A DNA stretch of 64,000 nt from Mobula birostris (Eukaryota). The DNA lies in NCBI RefSeq assembly GCF_030028105.1, contig NC_092382.1:92510295-92574294 (forward strand). The letters run 5' to 3'. The notes beneath the pieces were generated by a model. The model worked only from the letters and a program-made list of their open reading frames with translations, was not told the DNA's origin and made no database searches. Shown here piece after piece: positions 61,588 through 64,000 of this stretch (position 1 is the first letter of the stretch; every line of letters begins with the position of its first letter). The position numbers and the translations under genes are program-made.

Positions 61588-64000
61588 AACAACAGGAATT
61601 CTGCAGATGCTGGAAATTCAAGCAACACACATAAAAGTTGCTGGTGAACGCAGCAAGCCAGGCAGCATCTCTAGGAAGAGGTGCAGTCGACGTTTCAGGC
61701 TGAGACCCTTCGTCAGGACTAACTGAAGGAAGAGTGAGTAAGGGATTTGAAAGTTGGAGGGGGAGGGGGAGATCCAAAATGATAGGAGAAGACAGGAGGG
61801 GGAGGGATGGAGCCAAGAGCTGGACAGGTGATTGGCAAAAGGGGATACAAGAGGATCATGGGACAGGAGGTCCGGGAAGAAAGACAGGGGGGGGGGACCC
61901 AGAGGATGGGCAAGAGGTATAGTCAGAGGGACAGAGGGAGAAAAAGGAGAGTGAGAGAAAGAATGTGTGCATAAAAATGAGTAACAGATGGGGTACGAGG
62001 GGGAGGTGGGGCCTTAGCGGAAGTTAGAGAAGTCGATGTTCATGCCATCAGGTTGGAGGCTACCCAGACGGAATATAAGGTGTTGTTCCTCCAACCTGAG
62101 TGTGGTTTCATCTTTACAGTAGAGGAGGCCGTGGATAGACATGCCAGAATGGGAATGGGATGTGGAATTAAAATGTGTGGCCACTGGGAGATCCTGCTTT
62201 CTCTGGTGGACAGAGCGTAGGTGTTCAGCAAAACGATCTCCCAGTCTGCGTTGGGTCTCGCCAATATATAAAGGGCCACATCGGGAGCACCGGACGCAGT
62301 ATATCACCCCAGTCGACTCACAGGTGAAGTGTTGCCTCACCTGGAAGGACTGTTTGGGGCCCTGAATGGTGGTAAGGGAGGAAGTGTAAGGGCATGTGTA
62401 GCACTTGTTCCGCTTACACGGATAAGTGCCAGGAGGGAGATCAGTGGGGAGGGATGGGGGGGACGAATGGCCAAGGGAGTTGTGTAGGGAGCGATCCCTG
62501 CGGAATGCAGAGAGGGGGGGGAGGGAAAGACGTGCTTAGTGGTGGGATCCCGTTGGAGGTGGCGGAAGTTACGGAGATTAATATGTTGGACCCGGAGGCT
62601 GGTGGGGTGGTAGGTGAGGACCAGGGGAACCCTATTCCTAGTGGGGTGGCGGGAGGATGGAGTGAGAGCAGATGTACGTGAAATGGGGGAGATGCGTTTA
62701 AGAGCAGAGTTGATGGTGGAGGAAGGGAAGCCCCTTTCTTTAAAAAAGGAAGACATCTCCCTTGTCCTAGAATGAAAAGCTGCATCCTGAGAGCAGATGC
62801 GGCAGAGACAGAGGAATTGCGAGAAGGGGATGGCGTTTTTGCAAGAGACAGGGTGAGAAGAGGAATAGTCCAGATAGCTGTGAGAGTCAGTAGGCTTATA
62901 GTAGACATCAGTGGATAAGCTGTCTCCAGAGATAGAGACAGAAAGATCTAGAAAGGGGAGGCAGGTGTCGGAAATGGACCAGGTAAACGTGAGGGCAGGG
63001 TGAAAGTTGGAGGCAAAGTTAATAAAGTCAACGAGCTCTGCATGCGTGCAGGAAGCAGCGCCAATGCAGTCGTCAATGTAGTGAAGGAAAAGTGGGGGAC
63101 AGATACCAGAATAGGCACGGAACATAGATTGTTCCACAAACCCACAAAAAGGCAGGCATAGCTAGGACCCATACGGGTGCCCATAGCTACACCTTTAGTT
63201 TGGAGGAAGTGGGAGGAGACAAAGCAGAAATTATTAAGAGTAAGGACTAATTCCGCTAGACGGAGCAGAGTGGTGGTAGAGGGGAACTGATTAGGTCTGG
63301 AATCCAAAAAGAAGCGTAGAGCTTTGAGACCTTCCTGATGGGGGATGGAAGTATATAAGGACTGGACATCCATGGTGAAAATAAAGCGGTGGGGGCCAGG
63401 GAACTTAAAATCATCGAAAAGTTTAAGAGCGTGAGAAGTGTCACGAACATAGGTCGGAAGGGATTGAACTAGGGGTGATAAAACCCTGTTGAGATATGCA
63501 GAAATGAGTTCGGTGGGGCAGGAGCAAGCTGAGACAATAGGTCGGCCAGGACAGGCAGGTTTGTGGATCTTGGGTAGGAGGTAGAAACGGGAAGTGCGGG
63601 GTGTAGGATCTCCCAGTGGCCACACATTTTAATTCCACATCCCATTCCCATTCTGACATGTCTATCCACGGCCTCCTCTACTGTAAAGCTGAAGCCACAC
63701 TCAGGTTGGAGGAACCTTATATTCTGTCTGGGTAGCCTCCAACCTGATGGCATGAATATCGACTTCTCTAACTTCCACTAAGGCCCCACCTCCCCCTCGT
63801 ACCCCATCTGTTACTTATTTTTATACACACATTCTTTCTCTCACTCTCCTTTTTCTCCCTCTGTCCCTCTGAATATACCTCTTGCCCATCCTCTGGGTCC
63901 CCCCCCCCTTGTCTTTCTTCCCGGACCTCCTGTTCCATGATCCTCTCGTATCCCTTTTTGCCAATCACCTGTCCAGCTCTTGGCTCCATCCCTCCCCCTC
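61588..64000 (-). mobile_element. Penelope-like element (RT + GIY-YIG) with an inverted 3'-end copy from ~63605 to the window end
   Basis: FYLLPKIHK..PGRPIVS, MDVQSLYTSIP, GVAMG, YIDD, GIY-YIG; 63605-64000 is an inverted repeat of ~61800-62195. Confidence 0.94.

Overview
Repeat-rich vertebrate genomic DNA. It is probably from a cartilaginous fish (ray-like), inferred from the CR1/Penelope/Rex1/V-SINE landscape and the NLR gene type. There are four assembly gaps. (1) The last five coding exons of USP5 lie on the + strand (3302-7341), followed by a 60-bp satellite. (2) An isolated CpG-rich minus-strand candidate first exon (19240-19010) encodes a signal peptide plus a segment that resembles EPO/TPO-type four-helix cytokines by eye; its downstream exons were not found. 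(3) A minus-strand NACHT-LRR (NLRC3/NLRP-like) gene has an intact NACHT exon and five LRR/terminal exons (32893-26865). Phase-compatible upstream exons (40652-40557, 41887-41798, 52701-52491) would give a ~938-aa NLR starting MGGICSCC, a predicted myristoylation/palmitoylation motif, with no intact death-fold exon visible. (4) The rest is mostly decayed and often nested transposable elements: CR1, Rex1/Babar, Penelope with inverted pseudo-LTRs, a HERO-like RLE element, Tc1, a Tigger-like element, a Gypsy fragment, a solo LTR and tRNA-derived SINEs. All family assignments are by motif recognition; no database search was run.
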